Below are positions 52,143-64,000 of a stretch of DNA of 64,000 nt, piece after piece. Positions within the stretch are counted from its first letter, which is position 1. Every line of letters begins with the position of its first letter. The position numbers and the translations under genes were made by a program. The notes under the pieces are model-generated. The model saw only the letters and a program-made list of their open reading frames with translations, was not told the DNA's origin and searched no databases. This DNA comes from Prorocentrum cordatum. Taxonomy: Eukaryota. The stretch covers positions 62,001 to 126,000 of the forward strand of contig CAUYUJ010000225.1 in NCBI GenBank assembly GCA_963575745.1. Reading direction: 5' to 3'.

Positions 52143-53691
52143 GAGGAGGAGGAGGAGAAGGAGGAGAGGAGGATGAGGAGGAGGAGGAGGAGGAGGAGGA
52201 GGAGGAGGAGGATGAGGAGGAGGAGGGGGAGGAGGAGGAGGAGGAGGAGGCGGAGGCGGAGGCGGAGGCGGAGGCGAAGGAGGAGGAGGAGGAGGAGGAG
52301 GAGGATGAGGAGGAGGAGGAGGAGTAGGAGGAGGAGGAGGACGGGGAGGGTGATGCTGATGATGATGCTGCTGCTGATGATGATGATGCTGCTGATGATG
52401 ATGATGATGATGATGATGAGGAGGAGGATAAGGAGGACAAGGAGGAGGATGAGGAGGAGAAGGCGGCGGAGGAGGAGGAAGAGGAGGAGGAGGGGGAGGA
52501 GGAGTAGGAGAAGGAGGATGAAGGGGATGAAGATGAGGAACATGAGGGAGGGAGAGGAAACGGAAGGAGGAGGAGGATGAAGGTAAGGATGAGGAGGAGG
52601 TGGAGGGGGAAGATGATGATGATGAGGAGGAGGACGACGACGATGATGACGATGATGATGGTGAGGAGGAGGATGAGGAGGTGGTGGTGGAGGATGATGA
52701 GAACGAGGATGATGATGATGCTGCTGCTGATGATGATGATGATGATGCTGCTGATGCTGATGATGATGCTGATGATGAGGAGTAGGAGGAGGATGAGGAG
52801 GAAGAGGATGAGGACGAATAAGAGAAGATAAGGTGGATAAGGAGGACGAGGAGGAGGATGAGGATGAGGAGGAATAAGGGGAATAAGGGGAGGAGGAGGA
52901 GGAGGAGGAGGAGGAGGAAGAGGAGGGAGAGGAGGAATAATAGGATGTTGATGATGATGCTGAGGAGGAGGAGGAGGAAGAGGAGGAATAGTAGGAAGAT
53001 GATGAGGAGGATACGAATGAGGAGGACGACAAGGAGAAGGAAGGATGCGGATGAGGCGGAGGATGAGGAGGATGAGAAGGAGGAGGAAGATGAAGAGGAG
53101 GAGGAGGAGGAGGAGGAAGAAGACTGCGACGAAGAGGAGGAGGATGAAGAGGAGGAGGAGGAAGAAGAGGAATAGGAGGAGGATGAGGGAGCGAGAAAGA
53201 GGATGATGATGATCAGGAGAAGGAGGATGATGAAGAGGATGATGAGGGGGAGGAGGAGGAGGCGGAAGAGGATGATGAGGAGATGGAAGACACAGAATAT
53301 GAAGAGGAGGTGGGGGGTGAGAAGACAGAGGAGGAGGATGAGGAGGAGGAGGATGAGGAAGAGGCGGAGGAGGAGGAGGATGATGAGGATGAGGATGAAG
53401 AGGAGGAGGAGGAGGAGGAAGAGGAGGAGGAGGAGAAAGATGATGAGGAGGAACGATGATGAGGATGAGGAGGGGGATGACGATGATCATGCTGAGGAGG
53501 AGGAGGAGTAGGAGGAGGAGGAGGAATATGATGAGGATGATGCGAATGCGGAGGATGAGGAAGAGGATGACGAGGAATGTGATGAGGGAGATGAGGATGA
53601 TGAGGAGGATGCTGATGAGGAGGCGGATGACGATGATGATGATGCTGATGCTGATGATGATGATGATGCTGATGATGTTGATGACGAAGAC

Positions 53692-53722
<31 letters not shown>

Positions 53723-54158
53723 CTGATGATGATGACGATGAGGAGGAGGAGGAGGAGGAGGAGAGGAGGAGAGAAGGAAGCAAGAAGGAGGAGGATGAGG
53801 AGGACGAGGAGGAGGAGGAGGAGGAAGAGGAAGAAGAGAAGGAGGATGAGGAGGAGGAGGAAGAAGAAGAGATGCGGATGATGAGGAGGATGAGAAGGAG
53901 GAGGAGGGGGAGACGAAACATGATAATGAATAGGAGGAGGAGGAGGAGGAGGAGGAGGAGGAGGAGGAGGAGGAGGAGATGACGAGGAAGAGGAGGCGGA
54001 ATACGATGATGATGCTGATGATGCTGCTGCTGATGATGAGGAAGAGGTGGAGGAGGATTTGAGGAGGGGATGGGAGTGATGCTGTGCGCTGATGATGATG
54101 ATGATGAGGAGGAGGAGGAGGGGAGGAGAGGAAGAAAAAGGTAAGAGGAGGATGCGGA

Positions 54159-54213
<55 letters not shown>

Positions 54214-54885
54214 GATGATGATGATGATGAGGAGGAGGAGGAGGGAGGAGGAGGAGGAAGGAGGAAGAGGAGGAATCGGGGGGGAGGAAGACACATGAGG
54301 AAGAATAGGAAAGAGGAGGAGGAGGAGGAGGATGAGAGGAGGAGGAGGAGAAGAGGAGGAGGTGGAGGTGGAGGAGGGATGGAGGCGGAGGAGGAGGAGG
54401 AGGAGGAGGAGAGAAGGAGGAGGAGGAGGGAAGAGGAGAGGCGAGGAGAGAAAAGGAGGAAAGGTGGAGGATGAAGAGGAGGAGGAGGAGGAGGAGGAGG
54501 AGGAAGAGGAGGAGGGGCGAGGAGGAGGAGAGTAGGAGGATGAAGAAGAAGGAGGAAGAAAAGAAAAGGAGGAGGATGAGAGGATGAGGAGGAGAAGGAT
54601 GAGGAGGAGGAGGAGGAAGAGGAGGAGGAGGAGTAGGAGGGAGGAGGAGGAGGCAGAGGAGGAGAAGGAGGCGACTGTGGGGTAACGAAGAGGAGGAGGA
54701 GGAGAAGGAGGAGGAGGGAGAGGAGGAGGAGGAGGAAGGAGGCGGGAGGGAGTAGGAGGAGGAGGAGGAGGGAGGAGGAGGAAGGGAGGGAGCAGGAGAG
54801 GAGGAGGAGGAGGAGGAGGAGGAGGATGAGGAAGAGGAGGAGGAGGAGGACGACGAGGATGAGGATGAGGAGGAGGAGGAGGAGA
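52143..54885. repeat. Long compound (GGA)n/(GAT)n microsatellite
   Basis: Visible. Confidence 0.97.
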
Positions 54886-55039
54886 CGGATGGGGGATGCG
54901 GAAGAGGAAAGGAAGGATGAGGAGGCTTGTTTCTGTAAAGCATCGCCAGCGGGCAGAAACTGTTGTTCTTGATTAAATTAACCTGGCGAAGGATCCAACC
55001 GTATGCAACTGTGAGTACCGCAGTCGTGAAAAACATTTT

Positions 55040-56140
55040 CGGTGGAGCTCCGTATGGGGGCACGAGACGTGTGAAGGGTGTGCCAAACTGGGATGGCGGC
55101 GGCACACGGGCGCTGCCACTGGGGCCTTCGGTTGAGTTTCCTATAGGGCCTTCGGCGGGGTTTCGTCTGTCCGTGATCAGTTCGATGGGGGGACACGAGG
55201 AAAACTAGACCGTCCAATCTGGCCTTTTCCTTCTTTTTCTCCCTGTTTGCCCGCGCGCTCCACAACCCAATGCTGCGGGCGCAGCGCAGCGCGGAGTCCC
55301 CGCGACGCGCTGGTTGCCCTGAGAGGATTCCAGTGACGCGCGCGGGTCGCCCGCTGCGCGAAGCCAAACGGTTGGACAATCGAGCGAAAGTGCTGCTCGG
55401 GCGGGCCAGCTCCCCAGGTCAGGCCTCACGGATAAACTCGGTAAAGCCTAGTTCCATGGCGAGGGCCGTCGCCTCCCTTCTGCACCGCTTCCTGCGCGAC
55501 GCAAGCTGCTTCAGATGCCTGCGCAAACCCTCCGGCGGCCTGGCGCCTTCGGCCCAGCGCCCGACAGGGCCGCGAGCCGTGTGAGGGGTGCGCGGGAATT
55601 AACATGCGGCGGGCGGGGTGGGCGCATGTGGACGCTGCCACTGGGGCCTTCGGTGGAGGTCCCTCTGGGGCCACGAACTGCGAGAGTGGTGTGCCGAAGT
55701 GGTCATGCGGTGGGCGGGGAGGGCGCATGTGGACGCTGCTACTGGGGCCTTCGGTGGAGCTCCCTATGGGGCCACGAACCGTGTGAAGGGTGTGCCGACA
55801 TGGGCATGCGGTGGGCGGGGAGGGCGCGTGGGGACTCTGCCACTGGGGCCTTCGGTGGAGCTCCCCATGGGACCGCGAACCGTGTGAAAGGTGTGCCGAC
55901 ATGGGCATGCGGTGGGCGGGGAGGGCGCGTGTGGACGATGCCACTGGGGCCTTCAGTGGAGCTCCCCGTGGGACCACGAACCGTATGAAGGGGTGCGCCA
56001 ACATGGACACGCGAAGGAGCAGAGGCAAAGGTGAGAGGAGGCAGGGTGGGGGAGGAGGAAGGAGGAAGGAGGAAGGATAAGGACGCGGGGCGTTGTCTCT
56101 TCAGAACGAGGACCCAATGCCACAGGATGGTTGGGGGAAA
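55040..56140. repeat. ~101-bp unit repeat (CCACTGGGGCCTTCGGTGGAGCTCCC..), interrupted at ~55160-55570
   Basis: Anchor recurs near 55117, 55638, 55740, 55840 and 55941. Confidence 0.88.
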
Positions 56141-57689
56141 AAGCATCCCCAGCGGACAGTCACACCACAAGTCCTGGTTCCATGGTCAATATCCAGCTGG
56201 CGCGCAGGCGCGCGCCAGCCATGCAGGAGGAGAGATGAGGCAACAACAGGAGGAAACAGCAGCAAAAGGGTACGGGCCGCTGATCTACAGGCGGCATATC
56301 CCTTGCAAGCGAGGTATCTCGCGCGCGGGGGCATGGCCACAGCCCCGCCCGCCAACGGAAGTGGCAGGAGGCCGCGACGGAGGGCGGGGGGGCGCGCGCG
56401 ACGCAAGGGGAATCCATAATCCACGCCCCGCAAGGAGTGGCGCTTGCGCTCGCCACCCCTGCCTATGTCTGGGTTGGGAGACCCACGGAGGGGCCCTGCT
56501 GCAACGCTGATATTCCCCTGAGAGAGGCATGCAGGGCACCTCATCGACAGGCGCGGGACAGGTGCGGCGGAAGGGCAAAGGGGGCGGCCGCGCTCTCTCG
56601 CGCGCGCCGCCGCTCGCTCCGTGACCGCCCCGCCCCGAGCCAAGAAGGCTCAACCCAACTCCGTGCCACGGCAAGCAGCGGCAGCGGCACCGCGGAACAG
56701 CGGCAGGGGGACGCGCGGGAGAGGGCGCACATCAGCAGCAGCAGCGGCGCCAACGGCAGCAGCAGGGGGCAGCACAAGGGACGCACAAGCGAACAACAGA
56801 GCACCACCCCGCAGGCGAAGGAGGCAACAACAAGGGCAGGGAAGGGAACGGACGTAAAGCAGGGTCCAAGATCCACGAAGCCATGACTCACCACGTCGCC
56901 GAGCTCAATGGGCCTACGGACCAGCGCAACATATAATCGTTCAGCGTCACGATGAAAAAGACAGAATCGGACCGCGCGGCCAACGGGGCCAGATAGCAAA
57001 GGCATTGATGCAAGGACCCGCAGGCGAGGCAAAGAGCAAACCCATGACACCGCGGAAGGGCCTAAACGAGGAGCCTGAAAAGAACGCCGCCGAAGGCCAG
57101 GGGGCGCGACACTACCCTACAAAGCACATGGGAATGGCTGGCAGTCGGGGCGGATCTCACAACAATCGCTTTCTAAGTGCACGCAAATGCCACGGCCTGT
57201 TAGGCGTGCGCTTCCGAGACGAGAGAAGTGCGGCAATTCCAGGAGAACAGCCGAATTAGAGATATGTACAAAGCGGGACCCAAATTCGCCAAAATAATAA
57301 AGACAAACAATGACCCCGGGACCCCAAGATCAGGATACCTTGCGGAAGCAATGGCAACTTCATTATTTCGCCTGGCAAGAATCCTCAACCGAGCGAAAAT
57401 ATCTGTTGCGGAGGGGGGCAGTGCCCAGGCGGTGGTGGGCATGGGTCTTCAAAAAGGCATCAATCACAACGCCTGCAGCGATGTCACGATCAAGCCCCCG
57501 CCTAGGTCTCAGAAGGGCGACTGGAGAACCAAGACTCCTCGTCGAACAAAAGCTCCCTCCATCGTCCTGGCAGGTTCTGGAGGGGGAGGACGAGGATGAG
57601 GAGGCGGAGGATGAGGATGAGGATGATAGTGATGATGATGATGAGGAGGAGGAGGAGGAGGAGGAGGAGGAGGACTGCTATGGATTGCC

Positions 57690-59970
57690 ATGAAGGGGGC
57701 CACTGTCCAACATGTGCGACAACATGCCAAAGAAACGAATGACGACTGTGGGGCCTTCTTTTCTGGGTCGCTTCGGACCCAGAACGGCGTGTCTGCAAAT
57801 ATTAACACATGCTCCCAAATGCTCCCGCCCGCCGCCCCATGGTGCTCACCGAAAACTGCGATTCACGAGCTCATTGGACCAGCGAGATTACTCAGTGTTG
57901 TCTGAATCAGGCAAAAGACCATCCACCTGCTGAGAAGCGGCAGCAACGGCTGCGACAGGCTCCGAAGGCGGCTCGTGGCGCAGCGCGTTGGTCAGGCGGC
58001 GGAGCACCCCTGCCTCCCCGCCAAGCCCTCCCTGCCGCGTGGGCGGGGCGGCACTCGGCGGGCGACGGAAAGGGGGCGGATGCAAAAGAAGGGCCCTCCA
58101 CGGGCTGCTCGGACCTGGCCTCCGAAATGAATCTCGGAGGGTCGTCTTTCCTGGGGGAAAAGCCCCTGTGAATCCAGGCAATCTTTTCCGCTCTACGAGG
58201 CGTGGGCCCTGGGCGCACTGCGCGGAGACTGCGCGGATGCAGGGTGGCGCGCCGGTGCAGAGATGCCAGAATCATGGAGCGACATGGGTCAAGGAATGAG
58301 AAGGGCGCGCCTGACCAACGACGTCCCTGGCTCTCGCGGGGGCGAAAGGGGCGCTCGCCTATCGTTTGTCCAGGGCGCCTCTTGGCGCCCAGTGCCAGGA
58401 GGCGCAGCGAAAACGTGCGAGCATTCCCCGGGCTCCAGCTCGCAAGTCGTGCAACATCACTCGGGCCCCGCTCTCTCGAGCCCGTGGGCCGAGGAATTGA
58501 GCGCGCGCTGCTTCTCAGAAGCTCGTGGGCTCGCAGGGGCTCCGGATGATGTGCAGTCCCTCTCTCAACAGAAGCGGCGTTCCTCAGAGCTGCACGCGCC
58601 CTGCGGCGCGTGCTGGGAGATCAGTGCCACGTGCCTTGTCCGTGCAGGGCTCGCCCCGCACGAGGCCCCGCGCCCCCGCCAACTCGCGCCCCCGCCAATT
58701 CCGAAGCACGTCCAGCGCACTGATTAGCCATAGCGTTGCCAGCGGCCAAGAAAATGTCGGAGTCGCCGCGCAGTTCAGGCCGTGCTTCGTCCGTGTGCGA
58801 CGGGGGCCAAATCGCACCTGCAGGCCTGTCCACGCGCGCGTTGCTGGGTCTCGTGGGCCGGGGCCCACGTGTCCTCATCTTGGCCTCTCGGTCTCGGGCT
58901 GCATGGGCGAACGTTCCAAGTTCTCGCGACCGTCAGATGGTCCGTGACAAACGTGAACGGGCACTGGATCTCCCGACGGCCGAGGGCGAGGGCGAAGCTC
59001 TCCGCGCGTGGGGCCGCCTGCTCAAGACCAGGGAGCGGCTTCGCCAGCGCCGCGCCCAACAAGAGGCGGATGCCTTCGCCAGCCAAAGCCGAGATGCTGG
59101 CTCCGCATCGTCGGCGCCTCGGGTCGCCGCTGAACTTTCCCCCCCGAGCCGTCGCCAACGACAAAGAGAGTGCCGTCCCCGCGGCAGCTGTCGAGAGCCC
59201 TTTGGTCTCCCCACTCCTCGCAGCAAGGCCTCGTCGAAGGGGGGATGGGTGGGGGAGATCGGGGGGGGGGCTGCCGCGCGGCCACAGACTCGGTGACGCC
59301 TCAGCCTGGGCTAAGGCCCGCGGCACCGGGCAGTCGGTGCGAAATCGGGGTCCTCTGCAGTACGCTCACAGGTCCAGATGCGATGCTGTAGCGTCTCTGG
59401 AACTTTTTCTCACAGCGCGGGCACGTCAGCCTCCGATAGTGTGTGTCCATGCTGCTGGATCCCATCCTTGGTCCACTGGCCTCCGGTGACGACTGTGATA
59501 TTCATCGTGAGCTGGTCCAACTGGGCCTGTTGCTCAAACTTACTCTGCTCTCGCGTGAAGGCCCACGTATCAGCTCCAGACTGCCAGATCCCATTGGTCA
59601 ACTGGCTGAGCGACGTTGTAGCGATGCGAAGGTCCCAGCCGACGTCTAGCGAGGTCGCGATCACAGTGCCGATTGGGCCCGAACCGCCGTCCATTCCCTC
59701 GTGCCAAATCTCATGAACCTCGCTCTGATGTGCGTCCAGGCCTTCGCGACTCTCGGGTGCATGTCCTGGTTGTTCTGCCATAAGGTTAGCCATTCACGTA
59801 GGACAGCGCTGCGCTGCTCAAGTGTGGAGTCCGCGATCTTCGGGTCCGCAGCAATCGTGACAGTGAGGCATCGTCGGCGCGTCTGTCCTGCAACAGTGTC
59901 CAGATTGACGTCCAAGTTTCAATCGTGCTTGCTGAGATAGGCCAAACGCCTGGTGTACGTACATAGGTTG
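57690..59970 (-). mobile_element. 5'-truncated LINE D fragment (post-RT region, zinc finger, RNase H)
   Basis: GPIGTVIATSLDVGW, GGQWTKD, ETLQHRIWTC (~59370-59398), VGDGSGGKFSGDPRRRRCG, FVTDH, WPPSH, GNAMAN. The left boundary is uncertain. Confidence 0.8.
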
Positions 59971-60030
59971 GGGTACCGCACCAGAGGCCGAGGGGGAGGA
60001 GGATGTGGAGGAGGAGGAAGAGGAGGAGAA

Positions 60031-61288
60031 CCAGTGTAACCCCAAGGCACATCAACGATGTTGCAATCAACCCTCCCTCCAAATTTCCTCTTCACAGGTC
60101 CCCGAATGCTCAAGACAACCGTCTGAAACTCCGCAATCGTGCCAAAACACACCTACTGGAACTTCAGGGTCGCGAGTCAACATGACTGTTGCACCCTGGC
60201 AATCCTAAATCGTGCCAAAACACTACTCCTGGGACTTCGGCCATGCGAATCAGAGTGACTGTCGCGTCATGACACTCGTAGATCTTGCCAAAACACCATT
60301 CCTTGGACTTCAACCTTGCGAACCCTTGAACCTGCTGCGAACTTTCAAAGCGAATATGCGCGGCGCGAGAGCCACATTTTGAAAACCAGCCGCCCTCCAG
60401 CCATGAAGCTAGTGCGAACTTTTGAAACATTCGCGCGGCGCTGAAGCGAAAACCACATTTTGAAAACGGCCGGCCCTCCATCCGTACAACTGCTGCACAC
60501 TTCAAGCTGCAAAATCAGAAATGGTGAGTCAATCTCAGGCTCGCCCTACCGTCACGTCTGGGGGTGCGACAAGGAAAAATTGCTCATGAGGAAAGGGAAT
60601 GGGGGAAGAGGTGGAAGGGCCTGGTGGGCGAGGGCGGGGAAGCCTGCAGCGGCTGGCGGCCCCCTGGCGGCCTCGGGAGCGGCCCGGGCGTTGGCGAGCC
60701 CTGCAGTCCTGCTGGGGGCCAGGGGTTGGGGGGGAGGAGGCGGAGGGGGGGGCTATCGCAGTCTCCTCGGGTCCGGAGGAGGGGGGGTTGGGAGGAGGTT
60801 GGAGGGGAGGAGTAGGAGAGAAAGAGGAGGGGGGCGAGGAGGAGGAGGAGGAGAACCAGCGTAAACCCAAGAGTCATCAACGAAATTGAATGAACCCTCC
60901 CTCCAAGTTCCCTGTTCGAAGGCCCCATACAAGGGTTAGTTTCCACTGAGGGAACTGCCTCGTTGGGAGATAACTGTTCGCAGACCCTGAAGCGTGCCAA
61001 ACCACCATTCTCGGGACTTCAACGTCACGAACTAACTTGAGTATGGCGCCATGGCGATTCTGAATCGTGCCGGAACGCCAGTCCTGGGGCTCCAACGCTG
61101 CGAATCAAGATAACTGTTGCGCCCTCGCAATCCTGAGCTTTCCTACACATTTTTTCGTAAGCTGACTGTGGAAATCCGTGAAACTTTTGCACATGTTTAA
61201 AACGAGTGTGCGCGGAGCTAAAGCGAGAACCACATTTGAAAAACCACCCGCTCTGAATCTGTGAAAATTTGCAAATGTCTAAGACGAA
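60031..61288. repeat. Dispersed repeat family, copies 2 and 3 (copy 3 cut by the gap)
   Basis: Same head as at 49350, starting at 60031 and 60856. Confidence 0.85.
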
Positions 61289-61388
61289 NNNNNNNNNNNN
61301 NNNNNNNNNNNNNNNNNNNNNNNNNNNNNNNNNNNNNNNNNNNNNNNNNNNNNNNNNNNNNNNNNNNNNNNNNNNNNNNNNNNNNNNN
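61289..61388. other. Scaffold gap (100 N)
   Basis: N run. Confidence 1.
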
Positions 61389-62242
61389 GAGCGAGGATGA
61401 GGAGGAGTAGGAGGAGGAGGAGGAGGAGGAGGAGACGGAAAGGAGAAAGAGCGAAGGGTGAGGTGAGGGGTGGAGTGAGGTGAGGGGTGAGGAGGAGGAC
61501 AACGAGTAAGGAAAAACAACGCCAAACAAAGAAATCAAAACCCGGTCTCCGAACAGACGAAACAACAACCCTAAGGAAACACCTATATAAAAAGCAACTT
61601 GACTAATATCTCATTACTTACTCCACCTCTCCTCCTCCTCATCCTCCTCCTCCTCATCCTTCTTCTCCTCCTCCTCCTCCTCTTCCTCCTCATCCCCCTC
61701 CTCCCAGCTCATCCTCCTCCTCCTCCTGCTTCTCCTCCCCCTCCTCCTCCTCCTCCTCCTCCTCCTCCTCGTCCTCCTCCGCCCCCGCCTAAAGGAATGC
61801 CGGGACGTTGGGGAAGCGCACGGGGAAAAACATAATCCAAAGCGTTGGTAGCAGGAAGCTTTGGAAACCCATTGGAACAAACAAAGAACACACACACAAC
61901 ATCCACAACGAATGCGAGGTTTCCCTTCGGGTGTTTTCCTTCGGACGGGTGTCCCTGGGAATGTGTTTTTGGGCCCATGGGTTTCCTAAAGTTTCTGCCT
62001 CTAGCACGGCAGTTGCTTCGTTTGTTGTATGTGTGTGCCTTGTGTGTTTGTGGCTTCCCACCGCCAGCATACACGATGCATGTGTACATCGCCCACACGG
62101 CGACGACGGCGACTGCGGCGACGACAGCAACGACGAAGACGACGAAGACGACGCTGATGGCGACAACGACGACGACGACGACGACAACGATGAGCGGAGC
62201 GCTTTCGGCCCGCCCCCCGCTAGGCCCGTATACCCACACACA

Positions 62243-62281
<39 letters not shown>

Positions 62282-64000
62282 TCGTACGCACCTCTCCGAG
62301 GGAGTAGAGCTCAAAGCCGATTAATTGAAGGCGGCGTCCGCGATTTTTCTGGCCGTTTCGCTGGGGGCATCTTCGAAATTCTGAAAATCGGTGGCACCCA
62401 TCACGCAGATCGCGACGGAAGGGTCCAAAAACACATGGGGATTTCAACATTCGAACATAAAATCTTCAAAAACACATTGTATTTTCAATGATTTTGACCC
62501 TGGTCCTCAGAGAATGGCGATTTCGCCTGAGACATCCTCCCAAAATCGAGCCCCCACGTACCTTCTGGTACCCCAGACCCCACCTCGGAGTTTCTTGACA
62601 GCCTCCTCGAAACTCCTGGGGTTTTCTGTGCCTTCTGGTACCCCAGACCCCGCCTCGGAGCCTCCTGGGGGTCTCCTGGAACCGCCTGGGGCCTCCTGCG
62701 GCCTCCTGGAGCCTCTTGGGGTCTCTTGGAGCCCCCTGGGGCCTTGTGGGGCGTCCTGAAGCCGCCTGGGGCCTCCTTGGGCCTGATAACTACATGCGCA
62801 CGCAGAGACACAAATCACACCCAACACATCACACGCTAGACAAAAATAACACACACACACACACACGCACACACACACACAGACACACAGACACACAGAC
62901 ACACATACACACACACAACACCTGCAACGCACAGAAAACACGCACAACACAGAGCACACATCACGCACATTTTTTTGTCTGCGGGGCGAGAGCGAAACTC
63001 CTCTGCTAAAAGCTAGGCGGGCGACGCGCAGCTTTAATCAAGGAGACAGGGCACAGGAAGGCGGGGCTTCAGGTGGCCAGAGCAGGTGGAGCCCGGGATG
63101 CAGGCGGTGCCGAAGAGCTTGCGCGGGAAGAAATACGCCGCTGACGAGAACCGGGGGCGAAAACCCGGAAGGCGAAATAGATGGTGTAGCAGTCAGCGGC
63201 GCGTCGCGAGCACCAACATCAAGCACAGCGGGGGAGGACGCGCCACTTGACCAGGTCGACGCCCAGGAAGGAGAAGAACACCAAGAATGCGATGAGCAAC
63301 GTTGTGCCACCGGATGATGCGGAGGAGGCCCAGGAAAAAGAAGAACACCACGAAGGCGAGGTGCATCGTTGTGCCACCGGGTGATGTGGAAGAAGCCCTG
63401 GGTGGTAGTCCAATCCACGACAAGGTAGTAGCCTGCTTGAGGTGCGGCCACGGACGAGGGGGCCGTACATGACCGACAGGGTGTCGGTGGAGTGCAGGGA
63501 GAAAACCAGCCCTGCACCGTCAGCGCGTGGAGACGGGCAGCAACCACACACGATGCACTGACATCTGCATGCCGAGGGCCGGGCCTGAGCCGCGCAGCGC
63601 CATGGCGAGCGGGGCCGCCGAGGCGGCAAGGTGCAGCGCCCAGCACCGGGCCGAAGCCGCGCAGCGCCGGGCGCTGCCGCCATGGGAGGGTGGGAAGGGA
63701 GCGGGGGGGGAAGAAGCCAACAGGGAGGAGAAAGGCCGGCGCGCCACGCCAGCCGTCGTCGTGCCAGCCCGCGCCGTAAGTGCTCACGTGGGGGGACTGG
63801 GTCCCGATGGGTACAGGTAGGACACACGGTCCCAGAACATGTTAAAGACAGGTGAAGGGGGGGGAGCAGGTACAGTCGGAGACCAGGCGGATCAGCAAGC
63901 GGTCGCTGCGCGTGGGCCGTGCACGTCACAAGTGCTGCGGGGGTACTGGTAGGGGGGGAAAGGAAGACACGCGCTCCCAAGTCAGGTGAATAGGGTGGGG
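61389..64000 (+). repeat. Apparently identical copy of 12558-15169
   Basis: Constant offset of 48831, with identical ORF translations and microsatellite lengths. Confidence 0.97.

Noticed and set aside
51499..55105. Long ORFs of 931 and 630 aa, and similar ORFs at 6300-7900 and 43000-46100
   Set aside because: Translations of trinucleotide microsatellites.
56140..57590. Possible gene or LINE tail
   Set aside because: No recognisable motif or consistent frame; left unannotated.

Overview
Repeat-dense, GC-rich eukaryotic DNA, almost certainly dinoflagellate because a 21/22 match to the dinoflagellate spliced leader (DinoSL) is present. The window is mostly decayed mobile elements set in (GGA)n, (CAT)n and (TAC)n microsatellites. 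There are four LINE (non-LTR) retrotransposons: three carry RNase H and one carries a C-terminal cytosine-methyltransferase-like domain. There is also a defective Helitron, several MITE/foldback and satellite repeats, a decayed ~7 kb intronless ORF joining a Upf1-like SF1 helicase to an RNase III-like motif, and one apparently intact kinesin-3-like gene with a single repeat-filled intron. The most notable feature is a full-length LINE (23981-31673) that begins exactly with a spliced leader, is bounded by a 16-19 bp target-site duplication (TSD), and carries an in-frame array of hairpin repeats between its endonuclease and RT. After a 100-N gap, 61389-64000 repeats 12558-15169. All calls come from reading motifs by eye; no searches were run.
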